Origin: Deltaproteobacteria bacterium
GTDB lineage: Bacteria > Myxococcota > Kuafuiibacteriia > Kuafuiibacteriales > Kuafuiibacteriaceae
DNA length: 64,000 bases
Assembly (NCBI GenBank): GCA_040218735.1
Contig: JAVJQW010000012.1
Coordinates: forward strand, 192,001-256,000
Reading direction: 5' to 3'
Position numbers and translations under genes: made by a program. Below the pieces are notes generated by a model that did not search any database, was not told where the DNA came from, and saw only the letters and a program-made list of their open reading frames with translations. Positions 1 to 9,533 of the stretch are shown here, piece after piece. The stretch's first letter is position 1. Every line of letters starts with the position of its first letter.

Positions 1-45
1 CGTTCGCGCCGTTCGCGCCGTTCGCGCCGTTCGCGCCGTTCGCGC
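1..45. repeat. Tandem repeat, 5 x CGTTCGCGC (9 bp); may continue left of the window
   Basis: Five perfect copies read directly at 1-45. Confidence 0.95.
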
Positions 46-455
46 TCTCCAAGCGGCCTCATCTCCCAGTCACCCACGCCCCCTTTCGACGCGTTTGGCG
101 TGACTGCTGGATTGAGCGCCGGCCTGTTGCGCCGGCAAGGGTTGGGTCTTCGATGAACGTGTGAGGTTCGCCGGCTGGTCAAGAGGGATGGCCCGTCGCG
201 CAAGTTGCGTTGCGGAGGAGGTTTCCTTTTGCCTTATCGGGGTTGACGGAATTGGAGGCCCTGTCCGGCTGCTCTGGTCGATGAACGCAGTCCGTTTCGA
301 AGTTTTCGAACTTGGACTCGTCCTCGGGCGCTGACGGCTCATCTCGTGCGCCCTCGCAGATCTCAGACCGTCATCCGCGAGGCCTGCCGAACCTGATTTC
401 GAGGGCTCGATGATACCTTCGACGCATGAGCCCGAACGCTTGCAACCTGTCTTGC

Positions 456-1472
456 ATGACTCAAAACGACCTTCTGAGCGGACTTCGTGAAGCGCTTCGA
501 GCGGAGCTGAAGAGCGGTGTCGAGGCGCTCCGGTTCATGGCGGAGATCGAGCGGCGCAAGCTCTACGTCGAGCGCGGCTTCAGCTCGCTGTTTCGGTTCT
601 GCGTCGAGGGGCTCGGGCTGACCGAGGACCAGGCATGTCGCCGCGTCGCCGTGGTGCGCGCGGCGCGGCGGGTGCCCGAGGTGTTCGAGCTACTCGCGAA
701 CGGGGAGCTGCACATGACCGGCGTCGCGAAGCTCTCCAAGTTCATGAATGACGACAACGCCCACAGCCTGGTCGAGCAGGCGCGGAACAAGTCCAAGGCT
801 GAAGTCGAGATGCTCATCGCGACCGAGTTCCCCGGCGCGAAGAGCTGCGAAGACCGCGTCGAGGCGGCGACGCTCGAGACATTCGCCTTCCACTTCGACG
901 GGAGCGCGGAGGCGAAGGCGCTCTTGGATCGAGCGAAGGAGCTCACCCCGGCCGGGACTGACATCGGGGAGATCTTCGAAGCGGCGCTCGCGCTGTACGT
1001 GGACAAACTGGAGAAGAGGAAGAACGGAAAGACGAGTCGTCCGCAATCGAAACCCGCCGAGGATGCGTCGGCGGGCGCAGCGTTCGTCCCAGCGGCAACG
1101 CGCCGCGCGGTTGTGGAGCGCGACGGCGCGCAGTGCACCTACGTGAGCCCGTATGGTCGGCGATGCAGCGAGCGGTCGAACCTCGAGTTCGATCATGTGG
1201 GCGGGCGCGCGCTGGGGGCCAGGAGCGTGGTCGGCGAGCTCCGCTTGCTGTGTCGCGCGCACAACCTTCACGCGGCGCGGGAGGTGTTGGGGCACGCCCT
1301 CATCGATCGGAGGATTCACGAGCGCCGTTCCACCCAGCCCAGGCAAGGCGCGTGTCCCGAGCGTCCGCGGCGTGAAGCGCATCCGACGCCACCGGCCCGT
1401 GCGGAGGGCACTGCCCTACGTCGAGGCGCCCCTCGCCGCCTGATGGGAGCTCGAGGCAGGCCCGTCTGCTAA
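456..1472 (+). CDS. HNH endonuclease family protein (myxobacterial type, helical N-terminus)
   Basis: C-terminal RRAVVERDGAQCTY...RRC...LEFDH...LRLLCRAHN; start placed at ATG 456 (alternative 426). Confidence 0.8.
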   Translation: MTQNDLLSGLREALRAELKSGVEALRFMAEIERRKLYVERGFSSLFRFCVEGLGLTEDQACRRVAVVRAARRVPEVFELLANGELHMTGVAKLSKFMNDDNAHSLVEQARNKSKAEVEMLIATEFPGAKSCEDRVEAATLETFAFHFDGSAEAKALLDRAKELTPAGTDIGEIFEAALALYVDKLEKRKNGKTSRPQSKPAEDASAGAAFVPAATRRAVVERDGAQCTYVSPYGRRCSERSNLEFDHVGGRALGARSVVGELRLLCRAHNLHAAREVLGHALIDRRIHERRSTQPRQGACPERPRREAHPTPPARAEGTALRRGAPRRLMGARGRPVC

Positions 1473-1491
1473 GTGAACGGGATTGGGGCTA

Positions 1492-1554
1492 GTGGTGCAG
1501 TCGCGGAACAAGCCCAAGGCCGAGGTCGAGGTGTTGATCCGCCACCGAGTTACC
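1492..1554 (+). pseudogene. Degenerate fragment resembling part of the adjacent HNH gene (771-832)
   Basis: Manual alignment gives 11 substitutions and 1 insertion over ~63 nt; VVQSRNKPKAEVEVLI vs VEQARNKSKAEVEMLI. Confidence 0.7.
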
Positions 1555-1572
1555 TAGCGCGCAAAGGCACGC

Positions 1573-3066
1573 CTACGCTTTGCTCCCCGAGATCACTTTC
1601 TCGGTGTGCGTCTTTCCGTCGTAGCGCAGGATGACCGTCTTGTTGTCGAGCTTCGTGAGGATCCCCGCGGGGCGGCGCCAGAGTGCGGTGATGTTCTCCA
1701 GCGTGTCGCGCGCCCAGTCGACCTTGAGGTCGACGCCGTGGTGGGTGTGCTCGAGCAACAGCTCGCCGCGGTTTTCCCAGTTGCCATCGACGACGTCGAT
1801 GATCGGGTTGCCGAAGTTCGTGAGCTGACCGAGCAGCTTCGCCTTCACTTCCTTGAACTCGCGCGACTGGATCTCCCAGTCGCCGGAGTTCTTGTTCATG
1901 CCGTAGGTGAAGAGCTTCTGCTCCCGCGCGAAGTCCTCGGTGAGGAACTCGTCGATGAACGTGACGTCGTTGTACAGCTTGCGGACGTCGAAGATCTTCT
2001 CGCGGCCGAGGCCGGTCTGTTTGTCCCAGCGGGAGCGCGTCGCGAAGTCGTCGCACTCCTCCCACTCCTTGCCGAACTGCCCCTTGTTCCAGCGCTCCTC
2101 GATGCTCTTGAACAGCTCGAGCCCGAGTTTGTACGGGTTGATGCGGCCGGGCTGCATCCCCATCGTCGAGGAGTGCGTGTCGGCGTAGTCCATCAGCTCG
2201 GAGTCGTGCAGCGCACGTGACGTCATGATCTTGGAGTGCCAGTACGACGCCCAGCCCTCGTTCATGATCTTCGTCTGCATCTGCGGCGCGAAGTAGTAGG
2301 CCTCCTCGCGCACGATATCGAGGCAGTCCTGCTCCCACAGCTCCAGCGGCGCGTGCTCGAGGATGAACGACATCAGATCGCGCTGCGGACGCTCCGGGAA
2401 CCGCTTCTTGCGCGCGGCCTCCTCCTCCAGCTTCTTCCGCTCCGCCTCGATGAACTCCTTCGGGTTCATGTAGTTGCGGAGGTAACCCTTCTCCGTCGGG
2501 ATGAGGCGCACGGTCCGGGTGTCGTCTTCGTCGGGCGCGGGCGGATCCGGGCGACGCCGCGCCTCGAAGAGCGCGCGCTGGTCGATCAGGTTCTCGATGG
2601 AGAGGCAGGCGTCGAGGAAGCTCTCGACCGCGTCGATGCCGTGTTTGTCCATGTACCGACGCACGCGCGCGGCGTGGTTGGCCATCTGGTCCAACATCCG
2701 GCGGTTGGTGGCCTTGAAGTAGTAGTTGTTCTTGAAGAAGTCGCAGTGGCCGAACACGTGCGCCATCACGAGCTTCTGCTCCATGATGGAGTTCGACTCG
2801 ATCAGGTACGCGTAGCAGGGGTCCGTGTTGATCACGAGCTCGTAGATCTTCGACAGCCCGTACTCGTGGGTCTTCGAGAGCGACTCGTACTCCATGCCGA
2901 AGCGCCAGTGCGGGTAGCGCGTCGGGAAGCCCGTGTAGGCCGCGACCATGTTCATCTGGTCGACCGACACGAGCTCGAAGATAACCTCGAAGCAGTCGAG
3001 GCCGTACTCGTCCGCGTACCCGCGGATCTCGCGCTGCATCTCGACGAGGTGGGGAGGCAACGACAT
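1573..3066 (-). CDS. spoVR: SpoVR family protein
   Basis: GFPTRYPHWRFG, KIYELVINTDP, AHVFGHCDFFKNN, QTKIMNEGWASYWH, NPYKLG motifs. Confidence 0.93.
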   Translation of the reverse strand: MSLPPHLVEMQREIRGYADEYGLDCFEVIFELVSVDQMNMVAAYTGFPTRYPHWRFGMEYESLSKTHEYGLSKIYELVINTDPCYAYLIESNSIMEQKLVMAHVFGHCDFFKNNYYFKATNRRMLDQMANHAARVRRYMDKHGIDAVESFLDACLSIENLIDQRALFEARRRPDPPAPDEDDTRTVRLIPTEKGYLRNYMNPKEFIEAERKKLEEEAARKKRFPERPQRDLMSFILEHAPLELWEQDCLDIVREEAYYFAPQMQTKIMNEGWASYWHSKIMTSRALHDSELMDYADTHSSTMGMQPGRINPYKLGLELFKSIEERWNKGQFGKEWEECDDFATRSRWDKQTGLGREKIFDVRKLYNDVTFIDEFLTEDFAREQKLFTYGMNKNSGDWEIQSREFKEVKAKLLGQLTNFGNPIIDVVDGNWENRGELLLEHTHHGVDLKVDWARDTLENITALWRRPAGILTKLDNKTVILRYDGKTHTEKVISGSKA

Positions 3067-3285
3067 GTCCGACGGATGCTACTCGACCCCTGGAAACTCG
3101 CCAAACCAGCCTGCACTTCCCTCGCCAACCCCCGATTCCGGCTAGGGAAGGCCGTCCGGGCAAGGAAGCGCAGCTTCCGCGCAGCGCGGCGCAGCCGCGC
3201 GTAGGGCCGCAGGCAGATTCACTCTGCCGATAACGGCCAGGACGGGCTGGCCAATCGGCGGCCCTCTAGGTATGGCGTCCTCGCG

Positions 3286-3885
3286 ATGAAGAAGCTGACC
3301 TTCGCCCTGCTCCTCACGTTCGGTCTCGTGGCCTGCAAGGAGGGCGCGAACGCCCCCTCCGAAAAGCCCGCCGAGATGAAGGCCGCCGACACGAAGGCCG
3401 AGAAGAAGGCGCCCGCGCCGAAGAAGGCCGCGTCGCAGCCGGCGAAGAAGGCCGAAGCCGTCGTGCCCGGCAACACACCCGGCACGCGCGAGCACATCGA
3501 CGAAGACGGCGTCGTCCGTCGCGGCGACAAGCTCTCGCCCCGCGAGCACCTCTCGGTCGCGCTCACGATGGCCAAGCTCTCCGAGCTCGAAGGCAAGCCG
3601 GTCAAGGTCACCGGCACCGTCGGCAAGGTCTGCGAGAAGAAGGGCTGCTGGTTCGTCCTCGAAGAGGGCGAGCAGAAGATCCGCATCACCTCCAAGGGCT
3701 ACAAGTTCTTCGTGCCGTCGAAGTCGATCGGCATGATGGCGACCGTCGAGGGCGAGCTGAAGGTCACGCAGCTGTCCAAGGACGACGCCGAGCACCTCGC
3801 CGCCGAGGGCGCGCCGGTCAAGGCCGACGCCAAGGAAGTCTCGATCGCCGCCGTCGGCGTCGAGCTGAAGAAGAAGGAAGGCTGA
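3286..3885 (+). CDS. DUF4920-like OB-fold lipoprotein
   Basis: Lipobox LVAC; VKVTGTVGKVCEKKGCW and YKFFVP motifs. Confidence 0.8.
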   Translation: MKKLTFALLLTFGLVACKEGANAPSEKPAEMKAADTKAEKKAPAPKKAASQPAKKAEAVVPGNTPGTREHIDEDGVVRRGDKLSPREHLSVALTMAKLSELEGKPVKVTGTVGKVCEKKGCWFVLEEGEQKIRITSKGYKFFVPSKSIGMMATVEGELKVTQLSKDDAEHLAAEGAPVKADAKEVSIAAVGVELKKKEG

Positions 3886-3888
3886 GCG

Positions 3889-5124
3889 CTGCGCCTCGTC
3901 CACACGGCAGACTGGCACCTCGGCCAGCTGCTCCATGGCGTCTCGCGCGCCTTCGAACACGACCGCTTCCTCGCGTGGCTCGTCGACACGCTCGAAGCCC
4001 GCGAAGCCGACGCGCTGATCGTCGCCGGTGACGTCTTCGACGTCGCCAGCCCGAGCGCCGTCGCGCTCCAGCAGTACTACGACTTCCTCGCGCAGGTGCG
4101 CCGACGACTCCCCGACCTCGACGTCGTCGTGGTCGCCGGCAACCACGACTCCCCCGCGCGCATCGACGCCCCCGCGGACGTGCTGGGGACGATCGGCATC
4201 CACGTCGTCGGGGCGCCCCACGAGACCCGAAAGGCGGTGCCGATCCACGCGAAGGGAGAGGTCGCGGGGTGGGTGCTTCCGGTGCCGTTCCTCCGGCCGC
4301 GCGACCTCCCGGCGATCGAAGAGGCCGACGAGCTCGGCGTCGACCGCGCGCACGGGCGCCTGATCGAAGGGCACAAGAAGCTGTACCGCGAGCTCGTGGA
4401 GTCGGTGCGATCGATCGCCGCGCCCGAGCACGCGATCGTCGCGACGGGCCACTGCTACATGGCGCAGGGGATCGTCTCCGAGCTGAGCGAGCGCAAGATC
4501 CAGGTCGGGCACCAACACGCCCTCCCCGTCGACGTCTTCCCGCGAGACATCGGCTACGTCGCGCTCGGGCACCTGCACCGCGCGCAGATCGTCGGCGGGC
4601 GCGAGGACGTCCGTTACTCCGGCTCGCCGATACCGCTGTCGATGATCGAACGCGGGTACGAGCACCAGGTGCTCCAGATCGACTTCGACGGACCGCGGGT
4701 GAAGTCGATCGAGCCGATCTACGTCCCGCGCGCGGTGGACTTGATGTGCCTCCCGGAAGAGCACGCTCCGCTCGCAGAAGTCATCGAGAAGCTGCGCGCC
4801 CTCCCCCGCGAAGCCCCCGACGGCGCCGACGATCGCGAACGACCGTTCCTCGAAGTGCGGGTGCTGCGGGAGGGCGCCAACCCGCGCCTGCGCCGGGACG
4901 TCGAGGACGCGATCGCGGGGGCGTGGGTGCGGCTGCTCCGCATCGACGCGAAGCGCCCGGAGAACGAAGCGGCCCCCGAGGTCCCGCGCACCGAGCGCCT
5001 CGAGACGTTGTCGCCGGAGGACGTCTTCTTCGCGGCGTACATGCGCGCGCGCGCGGAGCCGCCGAACGACGCGCTCGTGCAGATGTTCCTCGCGCTCGTC
5101 GAAGACGTGGAGCGCGGCGCGTGA
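3889..5124 (+). CDS. sbcD: Exonuclease SbcCD subunit D
   Basis: Frame opens at CTG 3889: RLVHTADWHLG, AGDVFD, AGNHD, ALGHLH, RYSGSP. Confidence 0.92.
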   Translation: MRLVHTADWHLGQLLHGVSRAFEHDRFLAWLVDTLEAREADALIVAGDVFDVASPSAVALQQYYDFLAQVRRRLPDLDVVVVAGNHDSPARIDAPADVLGTIGIHVVGAPHETRKAVPIHAKGEVAGWVLPVPFLRPRDLPAIEEADELGVDRAHGRLIEGHKKLYRELVESVRSIAAPEHAIVATGHCYMAQGIVSELSERKIQVGHQHALPVDVFPRDIGYVALGHLHRAQIVGGREDVRYSGSPIPLSMIERGYEHQVLQIDFDGPRVKSIEPIYVPRAVDLMCLPEEHAPLAEVIEKLRALPREAPDGADDRERPFLEVRVLREGANPRLRRDVEDAIAGAWVRLLRIDAKRPENEAAPEVPRTERLETLSPEDVFFAAYMRARAEPPNDALVQMFLALVEDVERGA

Positions 5125-8100
5125 GGATCCTCGCCGTCCGCGGGCGCAACCTCGCGAGCATCCCGTGGTTCGAGGTGGACCTCGAGAAGGGCCCGCTCGC
5201 GAGCACACGCATCTTCGCGATCAGCGGACCGACCGGCGCCGGCAAGAGCACGCTCCTCGACACCATCTCCCTCGCGCTCTACGACCGCGCGCCGCGGCTC
5301 GTCGGCGCACGCGACACGGGCGGCGACGAACACGAGATCCGCGGCACCGACCCGCGCGCGATCATGCGGCGGCACACCTACGAAGCGGCGGCGGAGATCG
5401 ACTTCGTGGGTCAGGACGGCGTCCGCTACCGGTCCACCTGGGAGGTCTGGCGCGCGCACCGCAAGGCGAGCGGCAAGATGCAGCCGCAGAAGATGACGCT
5501 CGCGGAGCTCGACTCGGGCCGCGACGTCTCGGGCGCCACGAAGACCGAGACCCTCGCGATGATCGAGGAGCGCGTCGGGCTGTCGTTCGACGAGTTCCGA
5601 CGGGCGGTGCTGCTCGCGCAGGGAGACTTCGCGGCGTTTCTGGAGGCCCGCGGCGACCAACGCGCCGAGCTGCTGGAGAAGATGACCGGCACGCACCTGT
5701 ACGCGGCGCTGTCGCGCGAGGCGTTCGCGCGCGCGAAGGAGGCGGCCGCCGCGTTGGAGGCGCTCCGCGTGAAGCAGGACGCGATCGCGCTGCTCGACGA
5801 AGAGGCGCACGCAGCGTTGGTCGAAGAGCAAGCCAAGTTGACGACGTCGAAGGCGGAGGTCGAGACGAACCTCGCGGCGGCGCAGCAGGCCGTCACGTGG
5901 CACGAGCGTCGCGACGCCCTGGAGAAGGAGCGCGCCGCAGCCGAAGCGAGCCTCGAAGCGGTCGAGGCGGAGTGGAAGACCGCCGAAGCCGAACGGAGCC
6001 AGCTCGCGGCGCGGAGGCGGGCGGACACACTCGCGCCGACCTACCGTTCCTTCTCGGAGGCCGACAAACGCGAGCAGACGAACGCCACCGCCGCCGAGAA
6101 GGCGCATGCGGAGCTGGGCGCGAAGAACGACGCCAAACACGCCGCCGCGAATCAGCTCGCCGCGGCCGCGCGGGCGTCGACCGCGATCCAGGACGCGATC
6201 GAAGCGATGGCCGCGGACCTGGATCGCGCGCGCACGCTCGACGCGCAGATCGCGGAAGCCACGAAAGAGCGGGCGTCGGCGAAGGCGGCGCTCGACGCCG
6301 CGGACCAGACGTGGCGCGGCGCGGCGGACGCAGCCGAGGCCGCGCGGGTCGACGCGGAAGAGAAGACGGCAGCGATCGCGAAGATCGACGCGTACCTGGC
6401 CGAGAACGCACACCTCGAACCCGTCGCGAAGCTGTGGCCGCGCTGGGAGACGGTGCTCGACGACGCACGCGCGGTGCGGGCGTTCACGACGGAGCAGCGC
6501 GAGGCGCTCGCCGCGCTGAAGAAGGCGCGGGCCGAAGTCGAAGCGGAGCACACCACCGTCGAAGCGGCGCGGGTCGCGGCCGAGAAACAACGCGACGCCG
6601 CGCGCAAGCGGTTGGACGCCGCGACCGAGGCGTTCGACGCGTACGCGGCGATCGGCAACGCCGCGGACATCGCCGACGCCCGTTCGATCGTCGCGCGGCG
6701 GATTCAGGATCTCGTCCGGATGGAAGACATCCCGCGGGAGACGAAGAAGCTCGAGAAGGAGGCGCGCGAGGCGGCGCAGGAGGCCGCGGACGAGCTCGAA
6801 CACGCCAAGCGCAAGAAGGCCGAACGCAAGGACGCGCGCCGGAAGATGAAGAAGCTCTCCGAGAAGCTCGTCGACGCGGAGGCCGACTACGAGCGCGCGG
6901 AGGCCGTGCGCGCCGTGGCGACGCGGCGGGCGGAGCTCCTCGAGCCCGGGCACGCGTGCCCCCTGTGTGGATCGACGGAGCACCCCTACGGGACGGAGGG
7001 GCCCGAGCCGAAGAAAAACGCGCGGCTCAAACGTCGGGTGAAGCGGCTGTCGACGGACCTGGAGCGGACGCGCGCGACGGCGTCGCGTTCGAAGGACGAG
7101 GACGCGCAGCACGTCGACCGTTCCAAGGCGGCGAAACACCGCGCCGACGCGACGACGAAGGAGATCGAGCTGCGCGTCGAGGAGTGGGTGTCGAAGCGCG
7201 AGGCGCTGGAGTTGATCTGGACCGAGTCGTCGGTGCTCGCGCGGCGCGGCCTTCGCAAGCTCGCGCTCGAGGTGCCGGAGTCACCGGACGAGAAACGCGC
7301 GGCGAAGCAGGCGGCGGCGGTGCGGGCGCAGCTCGAAGCGGAGCAGGCAGAGCTCGAGTCGTGGAGCGGGCAAGGCACCAAGCTGCTGGAGGCCCGCGAG
7401 TCGAAGCGGCGCACGCTGGACGAAGCGACGGTGACGTTCGCCGCGACGAGCGCGCGCGCCGACAAGGTCGCGCAGGCGCTCGCGGACCACGACGTCCGCA
7501 TCGAGGGGATCGAAAAGGCGATCGCGGACCGCACCGCGCGGCTGGAGGCCCTCGCGAATCAGCTGAAGCTCGACGCGGACTCACCGTGGCGCCGAGCCCT
7601 CGCCGAAGACCCCGACACGCTCGCGACTTCGCTGACCGAGCCGATCGAGACCCTCGAAGCCCGGCGCCAGGCCAAGACCGAGGCGGAGCGCGCGCTCCAG
7701 ACCGCGCAGAAAACCCAAGCGCTCGCGCAAGCCAAACACGACGCCGCGCTCGCGGAGCGGAAGAAGGCCGAGGCCCTCTTCGAGCAGCGCGACGCCCACG
7801 CCAAGGCGCTCGCAAAGACCCGCGGTGCTCTGCTGGAGGGCCGCACCGTCGAAGCGCAGCTCGCGGACAACGCGGCCGCGAAGTCCCAGGCGATCCAGGC
7901 CGAGAAGACGCTCCGGGAGGCGTTGGACGCCGCGACCGAGGCGGCCTCCGCGGCGATAGCGCACCACAAGACGGTGACCGCGTCGCTGCGCGATGCGCAG
8001 ATGGAGCGGGCCACCGTCGAGCTCGAGCTGTTCGGGCTGCTCGACGAAGCGGAGATCGAGAGCATCGAGGCGCTCCAGGCGCTGCTCAGCGCGGACACCG

Positions 8101-8885
8101 GTGAGCTGGAGACGAAGCTCGAATCACTGAACGAACGACGCACGCGCGCCCAGACCACGGCAAAAGACAGCGCCGCGAGGCTGGCCGCGCACGTCGAAGC
8201 CGGGGCCCCCGAGCTCGACGCCGCTGCGGCGATCGAACGACGGGATGCGCTCGCCCAGCAGAAGGATGCGCTGGTGGAGGCGTCGGGACGTGCGGCGGAG
8301 CGCCTGCGCGCGAACGAAACTGCGCGCGCCGCGCTCGCGGAGCTGGCGCCGAAGATCGAAGCGCAGCAGCAGCAGGCGGATCGTTGGGCCGAGATCAACG
8401 AGGTCATCGGTTCGGCGGACGGCAAGAAGCTCAGGACGTTCGCGCAGGGGCTCACGTTGGAGGTCCTGCTGGAGCAAGCCAACTTGCACCTCGGTCAGCT
8501 CCGGCCGCGCTACCGGCTGCGCCGCGTGAAGGCGACGGACATGGAGCTCGAAGTCATCGACGGCGACATGGGCGACGAGGTCCGGGCGACGTCGACGCTG
8601 TCGGGCGGCGAGCGCTTCTTGGTGTCGCTCGCGTTGGCGCTCGGGCTGTCGTCGATGTCGTCGAGGAACGTGAGGATCGAATCGCTGTTCGTAGACGAGG
8701 GGTTCGGGACGCTGGACCGCGACACGCTGGAGGTCGCGCTGACGACCCTCGATCAGCTGCAGAGCGAGGGCCGTACGATCGGTATCATCTCGCACCTGCC
8801 GGAGATCGCGGAACGCATCGGCTACCAGATCGAGGTCGAGCCCGTGGCGCCAGGCAAGAGCGAAGTCCGCGTGCTCGAGCGCTGA
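5121..8885 (+). CDS. sbcC: Exonuclease SbcCD subunit C (SMC-like ATPase)
   Basis: GTGA overlap with sbcD; Walker A GPTGAGKST, long coiled coil with CPLC zinc hook, LSGGE signature, LFVDEGFGTLD. Confidence 0.93.
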   Translation: MRILAVRGRNLASIPWFEVDLEKGPLASTRIFAISGPTGAGKSTLLDTISLALYDRAPRLVGARDTGGDEHEIRGTDPRAIMRRHTYEAAAEIDFVGQDGVRYRSTWEVWRAHRKASGKMQPQKMTLAELDSGRDVSGATKTETLAMIEERVGLSFDEFRRAVLLAQGDFAAFLEARGDQRAELLEKMTGTHLYAALSREAFARAKEAAAALEALRVKQDAIALLDEEAHAALVEEQAKLTTSKAEVETNLAAAQQAVTWHERRDALEKERAAAEASLEAVEAEWKTAEAERSQLAARRRADTLAPTYRSFSEADKREQTNATAAEKAHAELGAKNDAKHAAANQLAAAARASTAIQDAIEAMAADLDRARTLDAQIAEATKERASAKAALDAADQTWRGAADAAEAARVDAEEKTAAIAKIDAYLAENAHLEPVAKLWPRWETVLDDARAVRAFTTEQREALAALKKARAEVEAEHTTVEAARVAAEKQRDAARKRLDAATEAFDAYAAIGNAADIADARSIVARRIQDLVRMEDIPRETKKLEKEAREAAQEAADELEHAKRKKAERKDARRKMKKLSEKLVDAEADYERAEAVRAVATRRAELLEPGHACPLCGSTEHPYGTEGPEPKKNARLKRRVKRLSTDLERTRATASRSKDEDAQHVDRSKAAKHRADATTKEIELRVEEWVSKREALELIWTESSVLARRGLRKLALEVPESPDEKRAAKQAAAVRAQLEAEQAELESWSGQGTKLLEARESKRRTLDEATVTFAATSARADKVAQALADHDVRIEGIEKAIADRTARLEALANQLKLDADSPWRRALAEDPDTLATSLTEPIETLEARRQAKTEAERALQTAQKTQALAQAKHDAALAERKKAEALFEQRDAHAKALAKTRGALLEGRTVEAQLADNAAAKSQAIQAEKTLREALDAATEAASAAIAHHKTVTASLRDAQMERATVELELFGLLDEAEIESIEALQALLSADTGELETKLESLNERRTRAQTTAKDSAARLAAHVEAGAPELDAAAAIERRDALAQQKDALVEASGRAAERLRANETARAALAELAPKIEAQQQQADRWAEINEVIGSADGKKLRTFAQGLTLEVLLEQANLHLGQLRPRYRLRRVKATDMELEVIDGDMGDEVRATSTLSGGERFLVSLALALGLSSMSSRNVRIESLFVDEGFGTLDRDTLEVALTTLDQLQSEGRTIGIISHLPEIAERIGYQIEVEPVAPGKSEVRVLER

Positions 8886-8892
8886 GCACCGC

Positions 8893-9438
8893 TCAGCCCT
8901 GTGCGTCGGCGTGGGCGAGCATCCGGAGCCCGACATCGCGAACGCGGTCGGCGATCTCCGCGAGGGTTGCGCGCATACGCGGCGGCACATCAGTCGAGCG
9001 GATGTGCTTCGTCAGGTCCACGAACTGACGACCGATGTCCTGGAAGGCACGCGCCTGTTCGTCCGTCAGAGCTGGCAGACCGGCATCCATGGCGCGCTGG
9101 ACCGCCCGGAGTCGGCTGGCGGCCCGAGTGAGGTCCGTCGGCGTCGAAGCGCCCGTCCAGGCGATGAGCTCCAGCGCGACGAGCACGCCGTCGAGGTGTG
9201 CGCCGAAGCTCGAGGCGCTCGGCTCGGGCGGCGGCGTCGAGGTCGCTGCATCAGGTGCGGACGGGCGTGTGTCGCGGTCGCGTGCGTCCCGGTCGACGTC
9301 GGGTTGCCGATGTGTCACCGCCTCGTCGTGGATGTGGGCGCGACGAACGAGGAACGCGTCCATCTCCCGGTCGAAGGCGGAGTCCTCCTTCTCCTCCCTC
9401 CAACGATGGTGCGTGTGGAGCATTCGCATCGCCACCAT
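8893..9438 (-). CDS. Hypothetical protein
   Basis: Fills the gap between sbcC and the next gene; helical-looking C-terminus; no recognised motif. Confidence 0.45.
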   Translation of the reverse strand: MVAMRMLHTHHRWREEKEDSAFDREMDAFLVRRAHIHDEAVTHRQPDVDRDARDRDTRPSAPDAATSTPPPEPSASSFGAHLDGVLVALELIAWTGASTPTDLTRAASRLRAVQRAMDAGLPALTDEQARAFQDIGRQFVDLTKHIRSTDVPPRMRATLAEIADRVRDVGLRMLAHADAQG

Positions 9439-9533
9439 TTCAGCGGCTCGGCGACGGTGACGTCAACGGGCGGGGGGCGGCGGGCGGCTCCGGCCCCTTG
9501 TATCGGTGCGTCATCCCCGCTACAGCCGGCGGC

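Noticed and set aside
1-45. CRISPR array
   Set aside because: Contiguous 9-bp units with no spacers and no cas genes
771-1554. Diversity-generating retroelement TR/VR pair
   Set aside because: Differences are not confined to adenines, there is an indel, and no reverse transcriptase is present
3286-5124. TGA readthrough or selenocysteine fusion of DUF4920 and SbcD
   Set aside because: Would join an exported lipoprotein to a cytoplasmic nuclease; an SD-like stretch before the CTG explains separate initiation
5165-8104. 979-aa alternative-frame ORF inside sbcC
   Set aside because: Arg/Gly/Ala-rich shadow frame typical of high-GC DNA
3889-8885. Anti-phage defence nuclease/SMC system
   Set aside because: Canonical SbcD-SbcC pair with no defence-associated neighbours
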